Source: Phoronis australis (Eukaryota; Animalia; Phoronida). Taken from it: a stretch of DNA of 64,000 nt. Below are positions 39,778 to 52,759 of the stretch, piece by piece. The stretch spans positions 735,066 through 799,065 of the forward strand of contig NMRA01000065.1 of the NCBI GenBank assembly GCA_002633005.1. The letters run 5' to 3'. Made by a program: the position numbers and the translations under genes. Numbering within the stretch: position 1 is the stretch's first letter; every line of letters begins with the position of its first letter. Below the pieces are notes generated by a model. The model was not told the origin of the DNA. It searched no databases and saw only the letters and a program-made list of their open reading frames with translations.

Positions 39778-41049
39778 TTACAATTAGCTAAATATCAAAT
39801 ACGCAAGAGTGCAAAATTTACCGAATTTTTAAACTCCAGCCAGTGAAAGTTAACAGAAACCCTTTTGAAATTTCAAAGACTGGCTGCTAGAGAGGTATAA
39901 CGTCTACATAACATTTCTTTCTGTCCCGTTCTTTAAAGCCGTTTTAAAACAGTTTCACCAACTGAAACTTTTTGAACCAACACTGGGCTATTTTGGGCCA
40001 AACTACAAAGTACTAATGATGCTTCAACTATACTAATGGACCAAAAACTGAAATAAAGATTTCGAACATGTCCCACAAGGATGTATGTACCGATAATCTC
40101 ACTTGGTGGCCCCAGAGTCGACCTTTAAAGCTCTCGTGGCATGTTAGTTAATTTGGCATAGAAACAAAACCAAATTACTAACCGAAAGTTCCTAACAGCG
40201 TCTTTAAGGTAACTGGTGAAGTTTTCATTTAAATCGAGAAATGAAATATTTTTCTAAGAATGTACTTTCTTAAAATTTTGATTTAAAAAGATTTTAACGT
40301 AATAATAATTATGGCACATCAATTTAAAACATAATTTAATACTTTCTAATCTTTTTTTTCTTTCAGAAAATGTATTCGTTTACTGGTTGAAGTAGCCTAG
40401 TTCTAGTTCCTGTTAGTTAGAGGGGAAGTCATACATCAAGGTGTATTTCATTTACACGCACCACAATGACATATAACTTGTAATCGTTTCTCCGAGAACT
40501 TTGCTGGCCTCTACCCAGCCATTTGCATTCCATCAACCTAGCCAAATCGTTCTCAAATTATGAGATTCATGACTTTCCTGATTACTACCTTGCTACTAAG
40601 ACTACCCCAAAGAGATTGGCGGGCCAGGCCAATGAGAAAAGTGCCACCTTCCTCACTGTCATTAAAATTTTTCGAATTGCATCAGAATCATATTAGGTAC
40701 TGGAGCCGTTCGTAAGCTGTTGATGACGTATGATTATAAAAGAGGCAACAGTTAAAAATTTACTTCATTATTTTGCATACATCACATATTTAAAATATTG
40801 TTAATAAATCTAAAACTAAATAACAAATAGAAATATACCGATTGGCGGATTCATTAAATTATTGGTCAATGAATTACCTTGTACTGTCATTTAATTACGG
40901 ATATGTTAGCATTATAGATTACTATGAAGTGAACCCGAGAGGTAGACATTAGATAAATGACCAATTAAACCAACGTAAAAATAGTTTTTTATCGAACAAA
41001 ATATGCCACCGGACGACGAAAAGTTTTTAGATTGTGTATTGCTCCCAGC

Positions 41050-42030
41050 TGCTGTGAAGAATATCATCAGGCATTCATCCAAAATTATACTTTAGTTGGA
41101 CCTTTTTTGCCGTTTAGTACAATAACATTCTTCAGTAAAAGTTCAGGATACAAAAACGCGATAAACTGATTACTCCACGTACATGTATGCGTTCTTTGCG
41201 TATTCTGGTAGGTACATGTCAATAATGACATTTATTTTATAGCTTTGAAATATAATGTGGATTGCTCCTTACATTGGTCGCAGTTGGACCCTTACATACA
41301 CATTTATATACAAACTGTTCCTGACGAAGTAAAAATAATGCATACTGGTGCATGTACATGTTGACAACGTAATCCTAAACAAGTAACGAAATCGGAACAC
41401 ATTTTTATGATTGTTATGTTCGTGAAGAAAGTTGACTAGAAAGAAAATAACAATATCCAATAACAATAACCAATAACAATATCCAAAACAAAGAAATAAT
41501 GTATTTGGAACATCTGTTGCATCCTTTTTACATAGTTTTTAATACTTGAGAATGAGAAGATGGGACAAATGGGTTGAAAAGCAGGACATCCTGGTGAAAA
41601 GCGGACCAGCTGGGTCAAAGTCAAGGCACAAGGGTAAGACGTTAGTGGTAACACACGTAAACGACCCGACAGCGTTTTTATAGTACGTGAGACTACGAGT
41701 TTCTTAGTCGAACAAGGAAATAAGGACCAGTGAGGGATCACAATAGTATATGGCAATAGTGCATGGGCAGCGCACTATAGGGGGGTGCTGGGGCTATAGC
41801 ACCCCACGTTCTTCAGGGCTGTGCAGCCCATGGTCTATGGGCGGTGCACCAAAGGTGGTCTGGGGCTATAGCCCCCACCCCACTTTTTTCAGTGCTGTGC
41901 CGCTCATGTAGTGTCAAACAGCGGGACATTTTAATGGCAATAGCGCAAATACACACACACTTAGCTACGCATGTACGTACACGAGCAGTTTTTCGAAAGT
42001 TACGTAAACACGCCTGTTAGAAAATTGTGT
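41050..42030 (+). repeat. Dispersed unclassified repeat, copy 2 (contains a small MITE at 41762-41908)
   Basis: Colinear similarity to 9360-11010; MITE ends catgggcagcgca...tgtgccgctcatg. Confidence 0.6.
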
Positions 42031-43997
42031 ATTTTTCATTGCAGACCAAAGGCTCGGAAACCAAATATAAACACAATGGGGCACTATAGCAGTCGAATCC
42101 ATTCACAGCCCGACACCCTTCAGCCATGACCATTCTTTGGAGGTTTTACAGATTGAGTAGCATAGGCCAAATGTGCATACTAAAAAACTAAATTTGTCAC
42201 TTGAGGGCGCAACACAGATCGGAACAGTTCAAAAACTGGGCAAGTGTTATTCGCTTCTGGAAAAATCCGACCGAACAAATTTCATGACATAATGACAAAA
42301 AATGGTGAAAAATACTACCATAAGGAAGCATAGCAGAGGTAGTGAGAATTGTTAAGAAATCAATGTCAAACAAAATTATCTCAACAGCAACAGATTCGCA
42401 GAAATGTAATAATTATACAGGCGGTTTGACAGATCAACAGATAACTGTGAAAAGGATACAGTCATTCTAGAATTGCCAATAAGGGGAGCGAAATACAGTG
42501 CTGCGTCTATCTGCAATCCATATCTGTCACATTTCATGAAGTTCCATCAAAGAACTACAAGGAAAACTTGCCAAAAGGGTGTAAATCAGTTGTCGGAGCT
42601 ATCTGATAGAGAATGGAGGACATGTCAGAGATTGGTGTTGTTTATGTGGTTCATAGCAACAGACGTTTCAACATCAGACATCAAAGTTGCCAAAGGTCCT
42701 TAGCCACAATTGTTTATTGAGCAGACTCTGCAACTACTCCCGTGACAACGATAGCATGTTCATAATGGGCTCGATCATGTTCTTACGGCACTTACCATTT
42801 TTAACTACCAGCCTTGAGCCAGGGCAGATTTGCATGTTGAAAATTCTTGACATGGCTATGAAATGTATAAAAAGTGCAGATATATTCATTGCTGCAGGTC
42901 GTTGATCGAGAGGTCATGGAGGTTGTGGGTAGAGGAGTGGTGGAGGTATTGGGTCGAGAGGTCGTGTAGGTTATGGGTTGAGGTGGTTGTGGCGGTCGAG
43001 AGGGTCTTAGAACAATCCGAAAAATCTAGCCAATATCACCTGACGTCTTGCTCTTTTAGAGACGTCCTAGCGTTATTGAACTCTTTCCTTTTCCATTCAA
43101 ATCTCACAAGGGTTAAAATTCGGTCCATAGCAAGGGGCCGGACTCTCATAAGCCAAGGTACAAGACGCATGGTCGATGAAAGCACCAACGAACTTCTTTA
43201 CATACTCGTCGAGAACAAAGTAAGTTGTGTAGCATGGGCGGAGCANCCATAGATAAGCTTTAGAATTTAACAGAAGAAAGAAGTTATACCAATGAAGGGT
43301 ATAACCATTTTCACGAAAGACGTCGTTCTAGTCAGCTGCAACTGCACACGCTAGTGTTGTCTTACTGGGACTATTCGGAGAATTCTCCTAGTGGTGATTG
43401 AATTGCGCATGCGTGGCTGTCTGCATGTAAACAACTGGCAAAAGATGGAATTGTTATCAAAATACGTCGTCGCGCTAAGCCTTATTACTGCTAATTTCCC
43501 CGGTGCAAGTCTTCGACAGGTGGCCACAAATTCCCAAAAGATCTAAAGGTTACTATATTTGTTGACAATTGCGGTCAAAATGGTCAACTAACTGACAAAA
43601 AGTGTGTGGATGCTGAAGCCCCGTGTGTGCTCTATGATGACTATGCAGTTCCATTCGGAGACTACACAACTTTACTTAGTAAGTTTTTAGCAATTAGTTT
43701 CTACTCTAACATCGTTCGGTGATGTTATCCCCACCAGTTACCCCACTTAATAACGGGTTTATTGAGTGGAACTAAGTGTTTCTTTTAGGAAACTCACTGG
43801 GACTCGGATGCCGGGTAGGCTAGCAGCACATATTCATATTGTCCTGGGTGGGAGTGCTCCCAAAATAAGAGGTGTATGGTACGTGATGCACAGAAGTCAA
43901 GGGTGACTTTTTCACAGCAGTTTCTCTTCAAAACTATGCTGTTTCCAATAAAATTCCCTAGATGAGTGAGTTTCCTTATTTTATCGCGGACCCCACC

Positions 43998-44530
43998 TGT
44001 GGCGTGACGGTGGTAGTAGAGAGTAAAGAGCAGCGTTGTGTTGACTTCTATATTCACACACTCACACTCGGTGGGCCTCGTGGACGAGTCGAGCCTGACA
44101 AGCTTGGCTAGCGAGTGAGTTCGGCAGTTGGTAGTGAACTGAACTTCGTCGACAAGACCCGAGTTTAAATTCGGATCCATCTGTTCTAGTCTCAGAATTA
44201 TCACGACTCTATCAGAAACAGTGAATTCGAAATATTTCAGATTGATAAACTTACTTAAAATGTACGTCATGACAAATAAAACTTGCATAACTTTTGCTGG
44301 CCCAGTCTCGACTTTCTCATGGTGCCTGGGGAAAGTCCCTGGCTTGGCACCCCCTGTGCATTCCACACAGATGTAGTGGGCTGATGCAAGCATATCGGCC
44401 GCTGGAGCACTGTACTTGACGAGGAGATAACACTCCCTGATGTCGAGCCTGGTCCAGCAAATGTATTAATTTGTAAACATTTAATTAAAGTTATCATGAC
44501 GTAATTGTGTCATGGTGTCATTATGCCACA
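43998..44530 (-). repeat. 3' LTR
   Basis: About 98% identical to 47635-48171 (11 substitutions and 2 indels by manual count). Confidence 0.95.
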
Positions 44531-45023
44531 TTGCCTCCCATTCTTACAAATGAAATTGTTACAATTTCATTCGACCAATGACACCATGACCACGTCTGAC
44601 TGAAACACTCAGTCATCGAAATATACATTAAAATCAGAAAACAACTAAAACACTCTATCTCCTCCCATGGTGATGACTTGAAGCTGCTGGTTCCGGAAGT
44701 TATTTGGATATGCGTAATCTTGTTAATCTTCTTCAGGGGATGTTCCGGTTTACTTTAGAACATCACTCATCAATGTTTATTGATACATTAGCACCCACAC
44801 TCACGACTATAAGATCCGGCTTCATATGGTTATCAGTTCTTGATGTACATAGGTTATGTATTGATGCATAACCTTTTCAGAGTTCCAATTTATTAGTCTT
44901 ATCATCCATGTATGAGCTGTAACGTTTATCAGCTATCAATGTTTATTGATTGTGAGAATATAGTCATAGTACTGTCGCCGAAGCAGTGGTGTACAGGTAT
45001 AGGGTAATTGTAGTCGGAGTCGG

Positions 45024-46726
45024 TTAGAGCGCTGTCGTTTGGACGTCGGCCACGTGGTCCAGTTCAGGATATAGATTACGAATGTGTTGTCTCATCGTCA
45101 CCATGGGGGTTCCGGGCGTTGCCTCGCCATTCTTGGGCATACCGTCAAGCAACGGTCGCTGTCCACCTTCGTCTTCTTCCGGAAGGGGCGCTGAGGCTTG
45201 GCGTCGATCCTCTATAGTAGGATTCTTTCTATTAAGCATGGCGGCAACAATGCGTTTCCTGTTTTTGATTATCAAGGCCAAAACAACAACAATGGCAACA
45301 CCGATAGCAGCAGCAGCTATGCAGAAATTGATATCAGGGGTCCACGAATTCATATCCTCCACTTGAGTGAGGTCGGATATTAACCCATCCATAGGAATTT
45401 CAGGTAGGCGTGCGAGTTTCGCAGGTAGTTCCACATCTTTATGTTTAGGGAACTTAGTTATATAACTTGGTTGACTCTTTCTTAATTCTCAACACATGTT
45501 GAAAACTGTCTAAATTTTCAAATTTGGATTCCTTGTGAAACGTGCCTTGCAGAGTCATTGTGGGATGTGTTGCCTGGCAACCGTGGGATACTTGTACGAC
45601 ATCTATTCCTGCCTTAGCAGTTATCGTGTGATAACTGGATCGGCTATGGTTGCATAACAACGAGAATCTCGTGGCAACACTATTTACGACCGCATAGAAT
45701 CCAGACTTTAAATATATTGCCTAGCTGGGGAAGGGGTTCATTCGTTCTCACGATGGCACGGCAATATCGCCAAATATTTTCATCAAATTTCATAAAGAGA
45801 GCCACGACACAGTCCTTGCTAAGGTTGATGGGTCTGAGTGGCTTGCGAATTTCGCAAAAATTGAAAATTGAGCAAGAACGTAGGTTGTTATAGTCCAGGA
45901 GAGCATAAGTCGTTCTCTCTGGATTGACAGCCAATCCGACAGTATCGCCAAGCGCATACTTAACGAGAATATGTGACCTGTTTGACTTTGGATAAGGTAC
46001 AGGCAAGTTATGAATCTGATACAACTCCATTCGTGAGCACGTATCAATTAAGGACACTCGAAAGTTGATAAGGATACGGTTATTCTCCATTGTCGTAGTG
46101 CACGTCAGGGCTTTGTAGTATTTAAACAATTCCGTATTTGGATCATACGGTAGTTTTAGGTGTTCTGGGAGATTTGCTTTTATGCCTAGTAATATCTCGC
46201 GCAATGATTGTGGATGAATCACAGCTAGGCTTATCTGTCCAAGAGATAAGATTCCTATTTGGTTTTCTACGTGAGCCAAATAGCTGACAGCCTTTTGCGC
46301 GGCCTGTTCAAGATGACTTAATATGAGCTCTAAATGGGCATAGCTTTGGGTGAAAATGGACAAATCTCTTATCTCACCCTGAATAGTATCGGTAACGTTA
46401 GTTATCCTATCCGAAATTTGGTGTACCGTCGCAATAAACTCATTCAGGGTATCTCTGTTTTGGTTAACGGCCAGTCTTGTTGCAGACATGACGGCCACAC
46501 GCTTTTCCGCATCCACTACCAGACGTGCCTGATTCCTTGCTAGCATATCAATGTTTTTTCGTATCGCTTTAATGTCGTCATCAGTGGCCGTGCCAAAAAG
46601 CCAATGACTAATCTGTCCCATAAAAGGAAGTAAACTGCGTTTATTTCTCTCTCTTTGCGTTTGTATCATCATATCATAACCAGATAGGGCGTAGTCTATC
46701 GCCTTCTTGGTTTCTTCAAGAAGCAT
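45024..46726 (-). pseudogene. env: Class I fusion envelope protein (baculovirus F / errantivirus Env-like), N-terminally truncated and frameshifted
   Basis: Furin site and fusion peptide RNKR|SLLPFMGQISHWLFGTATDDD, heptad region, Cys-rich ectodomain, and TM helix CIAAAAIGVAIVVVLALII with a basic stop-transfer; split over ORFs 45680-46726, 45454-45660 and 45024-45434. Confidence 0.85.
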
Positions 46727-47531
46727 TCACGTTTGATGTGCCCAATTTTACGACAATAAAAGCACCGTATCGGGGGTGGTCTGCCCTCGATAGTATTTAG
46801 TGAACGAGAGCGACAATCACGGGCTCTATGCCCGGTTTTATTGCAGAATCTGCATACCTTCGGGGGGTATATGCGATCCACATCCATAGGACGGATGTCC
46901 CTATCGTCCCCAGGTTTCAATTGCATTCTAGTCAGGAGATGCAATTCTTGAATTGCTGCCCTCATTGCGTCCCTGAGGGTAGTAGGCTCAGAGCGTAAAA
47001 CATGCTCTTTGATGCGGGTATCACGCAACCCGTCTACGAAAAAACCCACTAATTGGGCTTGGAGTGCGCCCAGAGCGGCTTCGTCTTCGAACGCGTCTCT
47101 GGCCGTACTTAGTGGTCTTTCCCCAAAGACTTGCACACTTTCATTGTGCCTTTGCTTTATGGCCTTCAAGCGGCCAAAGGCTAGACTTTTGTCTGATATG
47201 GGACCGAACCTTTGTTTTAGTTCGGTCTTAAATTGCACGTACGTGCATTCAGGATGATCAGTTAAATACCTCCAAATTAATGAGGAGACCTCTCCCTTTG
47301 ACCTCTGGTAGGCCAAAAGCATTTGCTTCCGGGGGTCATTGCTGGGAAGAAACGGGAGACCTTCTCGATTTCGCTAATCCAGCCCCCAAAATCGCTGGCC
47401 TCCCCTGAAAATAATGGGATAGCCGCTGCTAGCTGAATTTCTCCCATGGAGCATACCGCTCCAGTTATATCCCGGGAAAAATTACCTGCCAGTTCGGTAA
47501 GGAACGCTGCCAGATCCGCTTGTTGCGCCAT
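46696..47531 (-). pseudogene. gag: Retrotransposon Gag with two CCHC zinc knuckles (one frameshift near 47340)
   Basis: PLFSGE..F..W, FKTELKQRF, IKQRHNESVQVF, FVDGLRD, PMDVD, CRFCNKTGHRARDC and CFYCRKIGHIKREC. Confidence 0.9.
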
Positions 47532-47605
47532 ACTAAAATTGGAAAGGGTCCCGTCTAAAGGCTCGACTTACCTCACGTCCCCTTAGTTCTTTTCCTCAGA
47601 AGAAG

Positions 47606-47623
47606 ATCCGGGCCACGGCACCA
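47606..47623 (-). promoter_or_regulatory. Primer-binding site complementary to tRNA-His
   Basis: TGGTGCCGTGGCCCGGAT versus the canonical His PBS TGGTGCCGTGACTCGGAT (16/18). Confidence 0.75.
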
Positions 47624-47634
47624 AATCGACCAAG

Positions 47635-48171
47635 TGTGGCGTGACGGTGGTAGTAGAGAGTAAAGAGCAGCGTTGTGTTGACTTCTTTATTCACACACTC
47701 ACACTCGGTGGGCCTCGTGGACGAGTCGAGCCTGACAAGCTTGGCTAGCGAGTGAGTTGGTAGTGAACTGAACTTCATCGACAAGACCCGAGTTTAAATA
47801 TACATCTGAATTCGGATCTATCTGTTCTAGTCTCAGAATTATCACGACTCTATCAGATACAGTGAATTCGAAATATTTCAGATTGATAAACTTACATAAA
47901 ATGTACGTCATGACAAATAGAACTTGCATAACTTTTGCTGGCCCAGTCTCGACTTTCTCATGGTGCCAGGGGAAAGTCCCTGGCTTGGCACCCCATGTGC
48001 ATTCCACACAGATGTAGTGTGCTGATGCAAGCATTTCGGCCGCTGGAGCACTGTACTTGACGAGGAGATAACACTCCCTGATGTCGAGCCTGGTCCAGTA
48101 AATGTATTAATTTGTAAACATTTAATTAAAGTTATCATGACGTAATTGTGTCATGGTGTCATTATGCCACA
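47635..48171 (-). repeat. 5' LTR
   Basis: Direct repeat of 43998-44530, followed on the minus strand by the PBS and gag. Confidence 0.95.
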
Positions 48172-48899
48172 CACCCCCAGGACTACCAGATCAGTTATCG
48201 AATTAACATGAATAAGCCTTAATTAATTCAGTAGATGTCGTAACATTGGAAAAAATTGACAACTAGAATGAATTTTACTTGTTGATAAATACACATTGTT
48301 ACATCACTTTTAGCCTGTTTCACATATTTTAATTCAGATATTAAATAAGACTTGGGTACAAAGGTTATTAGTTTCTACATATAAACATGAAGATGTAACG
48401 TCAAGTATGGTCTGCCTTACAAAAGTAGTTTTGTTTTGTCTTTTCTTTTACAATTTGCTAATATTTCTCCGACTATTCTGTTACAGGTGAGAGAAAACAA
48501 CTGAAACCAACCGCCCGACCGTCTATTTTACCTTTGGACAATAACCTGGGAGAATTGAACGCCGGTAATTCAGAAAGTCAGCACTTGATATGCCTGATCA
48601 TGGACTCCGTCGCAATGTTGTTTCTTTCTCTGCTTTTTCAGTTTGTCATTTGTTTTTAAATACACTGATAATTGTTTATTCTCGAATCTTGTGCATAGCA
48701 CATTCTTATCCAGCTACCTACAATTGAAAATATACTTTTCTTGCATGCGGAACTTTTGTTCATAGACAAGTTAACACAAACCTTAAAATTGTTGAAAGGC
48801 CTTCTTAAGAAAGCTCTAAAAATAATTACACACACAAAAAAATTAAGTGCAAACAAAGGGAATATTTCATTTTGATCGCTGCACATTTCTATAGGTCAA

Positions 48900-51595
48900 G
48901 GGGAAAATGACAATTCGCAAGCGTATTCGGTATTCACTTCAGCTTTATCAAGAATAAGCATAAGTGCACTGCATGGGACTTCAAAACTGAAGAAATATTG
49001 TGGTTTCAATAATTAGTGACAAACTTGCCTGTTGATTAAAAATTTATTCAATCATCAAAGTGTAACATTAACAGGCTTTCTACTGACAATAAGATAATTG
49101 ATGCAGTCACTGAATGTCGTTTCCCTATAATGTGTACCCAATTGAAAAGATTTTACCATTAGTGTATTATTAAGCCTTTCTTCTGAAAGGAAAACTTAAT
49201 GTCACTCAGCTTTTGGCTTTCATTTCGCTGGGATCTAGTTTCAATAGCCTATAGAAGCGCTTGTAAAAAAGGTTCAGTTTCGACACGTGGCTTTCTTTCA
49301 TGTAACCTCATTCAGCCTCAATAACATCAACAATTAGACCCTTGAAGGTAAACACAGCAGCATACCACTTGAATTGTTTTGAGCCCAAAATCAGACCCTA
49401 AACTAGACAAGAGGGTCACTAGGTCTTCTTTAGTTTCAGTCCCTCATGTTTCTTCCAGGAAAGGAAATAAGCTATTGTCCACACATGACTCATTGCCTAT
49501 GAAAGGGCATCCTCACCAACAAGGCTTACTTGTGTAGCAGTCAGATATAGTTCCTTTGTATACGAACACACAGACAGTCCACAGGCATAGTGTTTTATGG
49601 TAACTTAGCACTGCGATTCACATTTCTGCAGGGCCACTGACTTGTATATTGTGCCATGCAGCACTGCCGGTGTGTGGAAGTGCTGTGGGAAGAGAACGGA
49701 GTAACAAAGCTTGTTTATGATACAGCTTGAAGTGGCCTTAAAATGTCACTGAACCTGGAACAAATATTGAAATATAAATAATTAAGTACTCCAGATTGGG
49801 TCAAAAATGCTATCCCTGTTTTTCAAAAATATATGATGACTGCTCTACAGTTTCACATAAAATTGAATAATTACTATTTTCAGAAACCAAGGGTGTATAT
49901 AATAAGTATTGCATAAAACTGTGTCTTTATTTGTCATTCTTAGCTATAACAATTCTTTAAACACATCACCTGTCTGCAAAATATACAAGTTTTTTTGAGA
50001 CAACTTCAAACCTTTGTTACCCATTTTCAAGCCTTTTTAATTTTGATACTTTCAGCAATTTTAAACTCAGATTACAGGTTCATGGGTCTGTCAAGCATAC
50101 TTCTAGCCTAAGGTTGAGGAAACCGTTTCTCACACTTTTAATTTTTCTTCTAACAGAAGATATGAAGAATTGGGTCATTTAAAAATGATGGATAATCTTT
50201 CTGTTGTTTAAGAGTAATTACAAACCACAAGGCACCATCAAAAATGCAATTTTCACAAAAATGGCAGTCATTTAAATTTATAACCACTTGCAACATTTCT
50301 AGGCATGAGTTAAGACTAATCGGTCACTGTGTATTCAGAAAATGTAAAAATATTTCCATGGGTTTACAATTGATAGCAAAACAGTTTCATGAAATAAAGT
50401 TGTAGGGACTTCATGAAGGTTAAGAATTACCTCACCATGTTCTTTCCCCCAAACATGTATTAACTGTTATTTCAGCACAATCAGTTGTACCAAATATTAC
50501 AACCCCAACCCCCCATGCCAGTCCCCCTAAGGACCTGAATAAGTAAATAAACAAAATGACTTACATACCTTTCTTTAAAAATAGCTGTTGCTTTTCGAAG
50601 GCTTTGTTCGTTGTCTCCAATATTGAAAGTAGGCTTTGACAACAGATCTGCACTGGATGGGAAGATCTTGTTGGTTAGCTGCAGTCAAATGCTTAAAACC
50701 AATTTTTGTCCATTCATGGACGGTGCAGAAGCGATGCATATCTCCTCTGCACGGTATAAGCCCTCAAACCAAAAAACCAAAGGTTTCGTGAAAACAGACG
50801 TGATAGATTTCCATTTAAACGTGTAATAGATTTTTAAAAGACATATGATAGGGAGTAAACAAATAGTCTAATGCAATGGATATTTGTCATGTATCCTTTG
50901 CCATTGGGCTTAGATTGTAATCTTAACTCATTATCGAGTTGACAGCATAAACATTCAGCATTGATTGATGTAACTGTCACTAATAAACTGTTAGAAATCA
51001 TTCTAAATGCTTTGATGTACGAAAAGATCCCGATTGCTACGTTAAGTGTCGTAACACATATCACGACGACAAACAAAGATTAACCCGGCTGGCGACTGCC
51101 GCGAAGTCGACATCGGCGAGTACCTCAGTCAACAGGCATCAGTAGAATAATCATGGAATAATCGTTAAAATAATCACAAGCCTTAATTTTTTATAAGGTC
51201 GTGCTTACTTCCTCTCATAGACGCACCCTTTTCACGCAAACTCAGATTCAGTTGGCACGGCTGCAAGCCATTTCACCATGTATTTAAAGGGCTCGCGCAA
51301 TCGAGGCTGTTAATCTATCACCACTAGTACACACGCGCCCTCTAGTTATTGTAGATTTACCGAATAGCCCACTTAGTGAGGTTGTAGACCTAACTCACGC
51401 CGACAGGAGGCGCGTTCCAAAATGAGGCTCGCTACGATAGCTCAGCATACAGGTTGTATTCCGCGTTGCTGTCTAACGCCTAGAAAAAATACGGACACTC
51501 AACTATCTGTTCTACAATCCCTAAGGACGTTGTGATTCGGAAGCAATGGGTCGTTGCCATACACTGCGTCGAAGGAAAATATGTCCGTGTAAAAT
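48900..51595. mobile_element. Decayed DNA transposon with head-to-head SAP-SWIM(-exonuclease?) gene (-) and THAP gene start (+)
   Basis: Minus: LNLSLREKGASMRGSKHDLI (SAP-like, about 51195-51255), SLRKATAIFKER, and GPAEM..IAVL...TSKPCW (SWIM-like, about 49510-49640). Plus: CIPRC...IPKDVVIRKQWVVAIHCVEG (THAP-like, about 51445-51590). Confidence 0.5.
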
Positions 51596-52759
51596 TTATA
51601 AATCTTTTCGAAAAATTAAGTCATATTTTGTCGCTTCTCGGTTTCAGAGCATCATCACCCTGACGGGCGGAGAATCTTCGGCCAGCCAGACTGTGTTTTC
51701 ATGACTACGGCTTGAAAAATGATGCATTTTTTTCCAAAAAGGACAGGGCCCTCAATCCCTCTATTTTGGGGCCGAATATCGTCCCCGCTATTCCCCTCTC
51801 AAAAATATTGAAAAATCCCTCGAAATTCTTGATCGACAAATTAAACCAGATGTGGCTAATTGCACCTCACTGCAAAATGCGATGAGTCACCACTATCGAA
51901 TATATATCTTCAACTCGTCAACAATACCTACATGTAGTTGGTTCGTGTAGAAAGCATTTTTATCAACAATTTACAAGAAGAAACGTAACCCTGCATTCAG
52001 CATAATACCTAATCCCTAAAACATCAGATACGATCCCCGCAGTTTGGTCATATTTACTTTTCATGTTTCGAACCTGGTTTTCCGAATAAAAAATTATACC
52101 CTTTGATCAGACAGCTCTTTGGTGCATTGACTTGCTCTCAAATGCTTTTTTATATTTCTCTGTGGTTAATTATTGACACATTTTTAAGGTTTAATATCCA
52201 GGTTGGACTCGAAAGACCAGCCAATTAACTAACGCAATGTCAACTTCCCCGTTGTTTATCGCAGTGAACCTCGCCTCGTGAATTAGGTCTACAACGATCT
52301 CAGTGAAACTGCAGACGTGCATGTACCTGTAGCATGCTATTTTAATCATCAGGGTTTGAAAAAATGGATACGCTTTAGTGCGTCTTAATTCTGGCCGAAC
52401 CTGTCCGAGATTTTCTCGCAAGACTATGTGAAAAACCGCCTTGCAAGTGAGACTGATGAAAGTTCTAATGCTCCGAAATTTTATCCCAGCTAGCTGGTGC
52501 GTTTGCACGCAATCGGTTCCAGAGGTCGCGACAACCGTTTGTGGTTGACCCCTACTTTGTAATGCGGTACGCTCGCTTACCATGTTTAGTCCAGTATCGT
52601 GAAACTGGAAATGCAACATATGTTTCATGTGACACATGTCACAGCCTTTTAGATTCAGTCCACTGCTTGGCTTACAGTTTCATTCTAAAAAAATCACGTA
52701 CCTCTGGAACAGAAACCAAAAATCCATTCCTATAGCCTAAGCTGGAAACTTAAGTTTAG

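Larger units (their letters stand above)
43998..48171 (-). mobile_element. Non-autonomous env-bearing Ty3/Gypsy (errantivirus-like) LTR element: LTR-gag-env-LTR, pol absent
   Basis: LTRs at 43998-44530 and 47635-48171 (TGTGGC...GCCACA), TSD CACC on both sides, PBS at 47606-47623, PPT aagaatgggaggcaa at 44531-44545, internal gag and env remnants. Confidence 0.93.

Noticed and set aside
43794-44393. 199-aa ORF, with a near copy at 47699-48034
   Set aside because: It lies in the LTRs, has no recognisable domain, and its frame is not preserved between the two LTRs.
46690-46740. Possible -1 frameshift producing a Gag-Env fusion
   Set aside because: A TGA immediately precedes the env-frame ATG and there is no canonical slippery heptamer.
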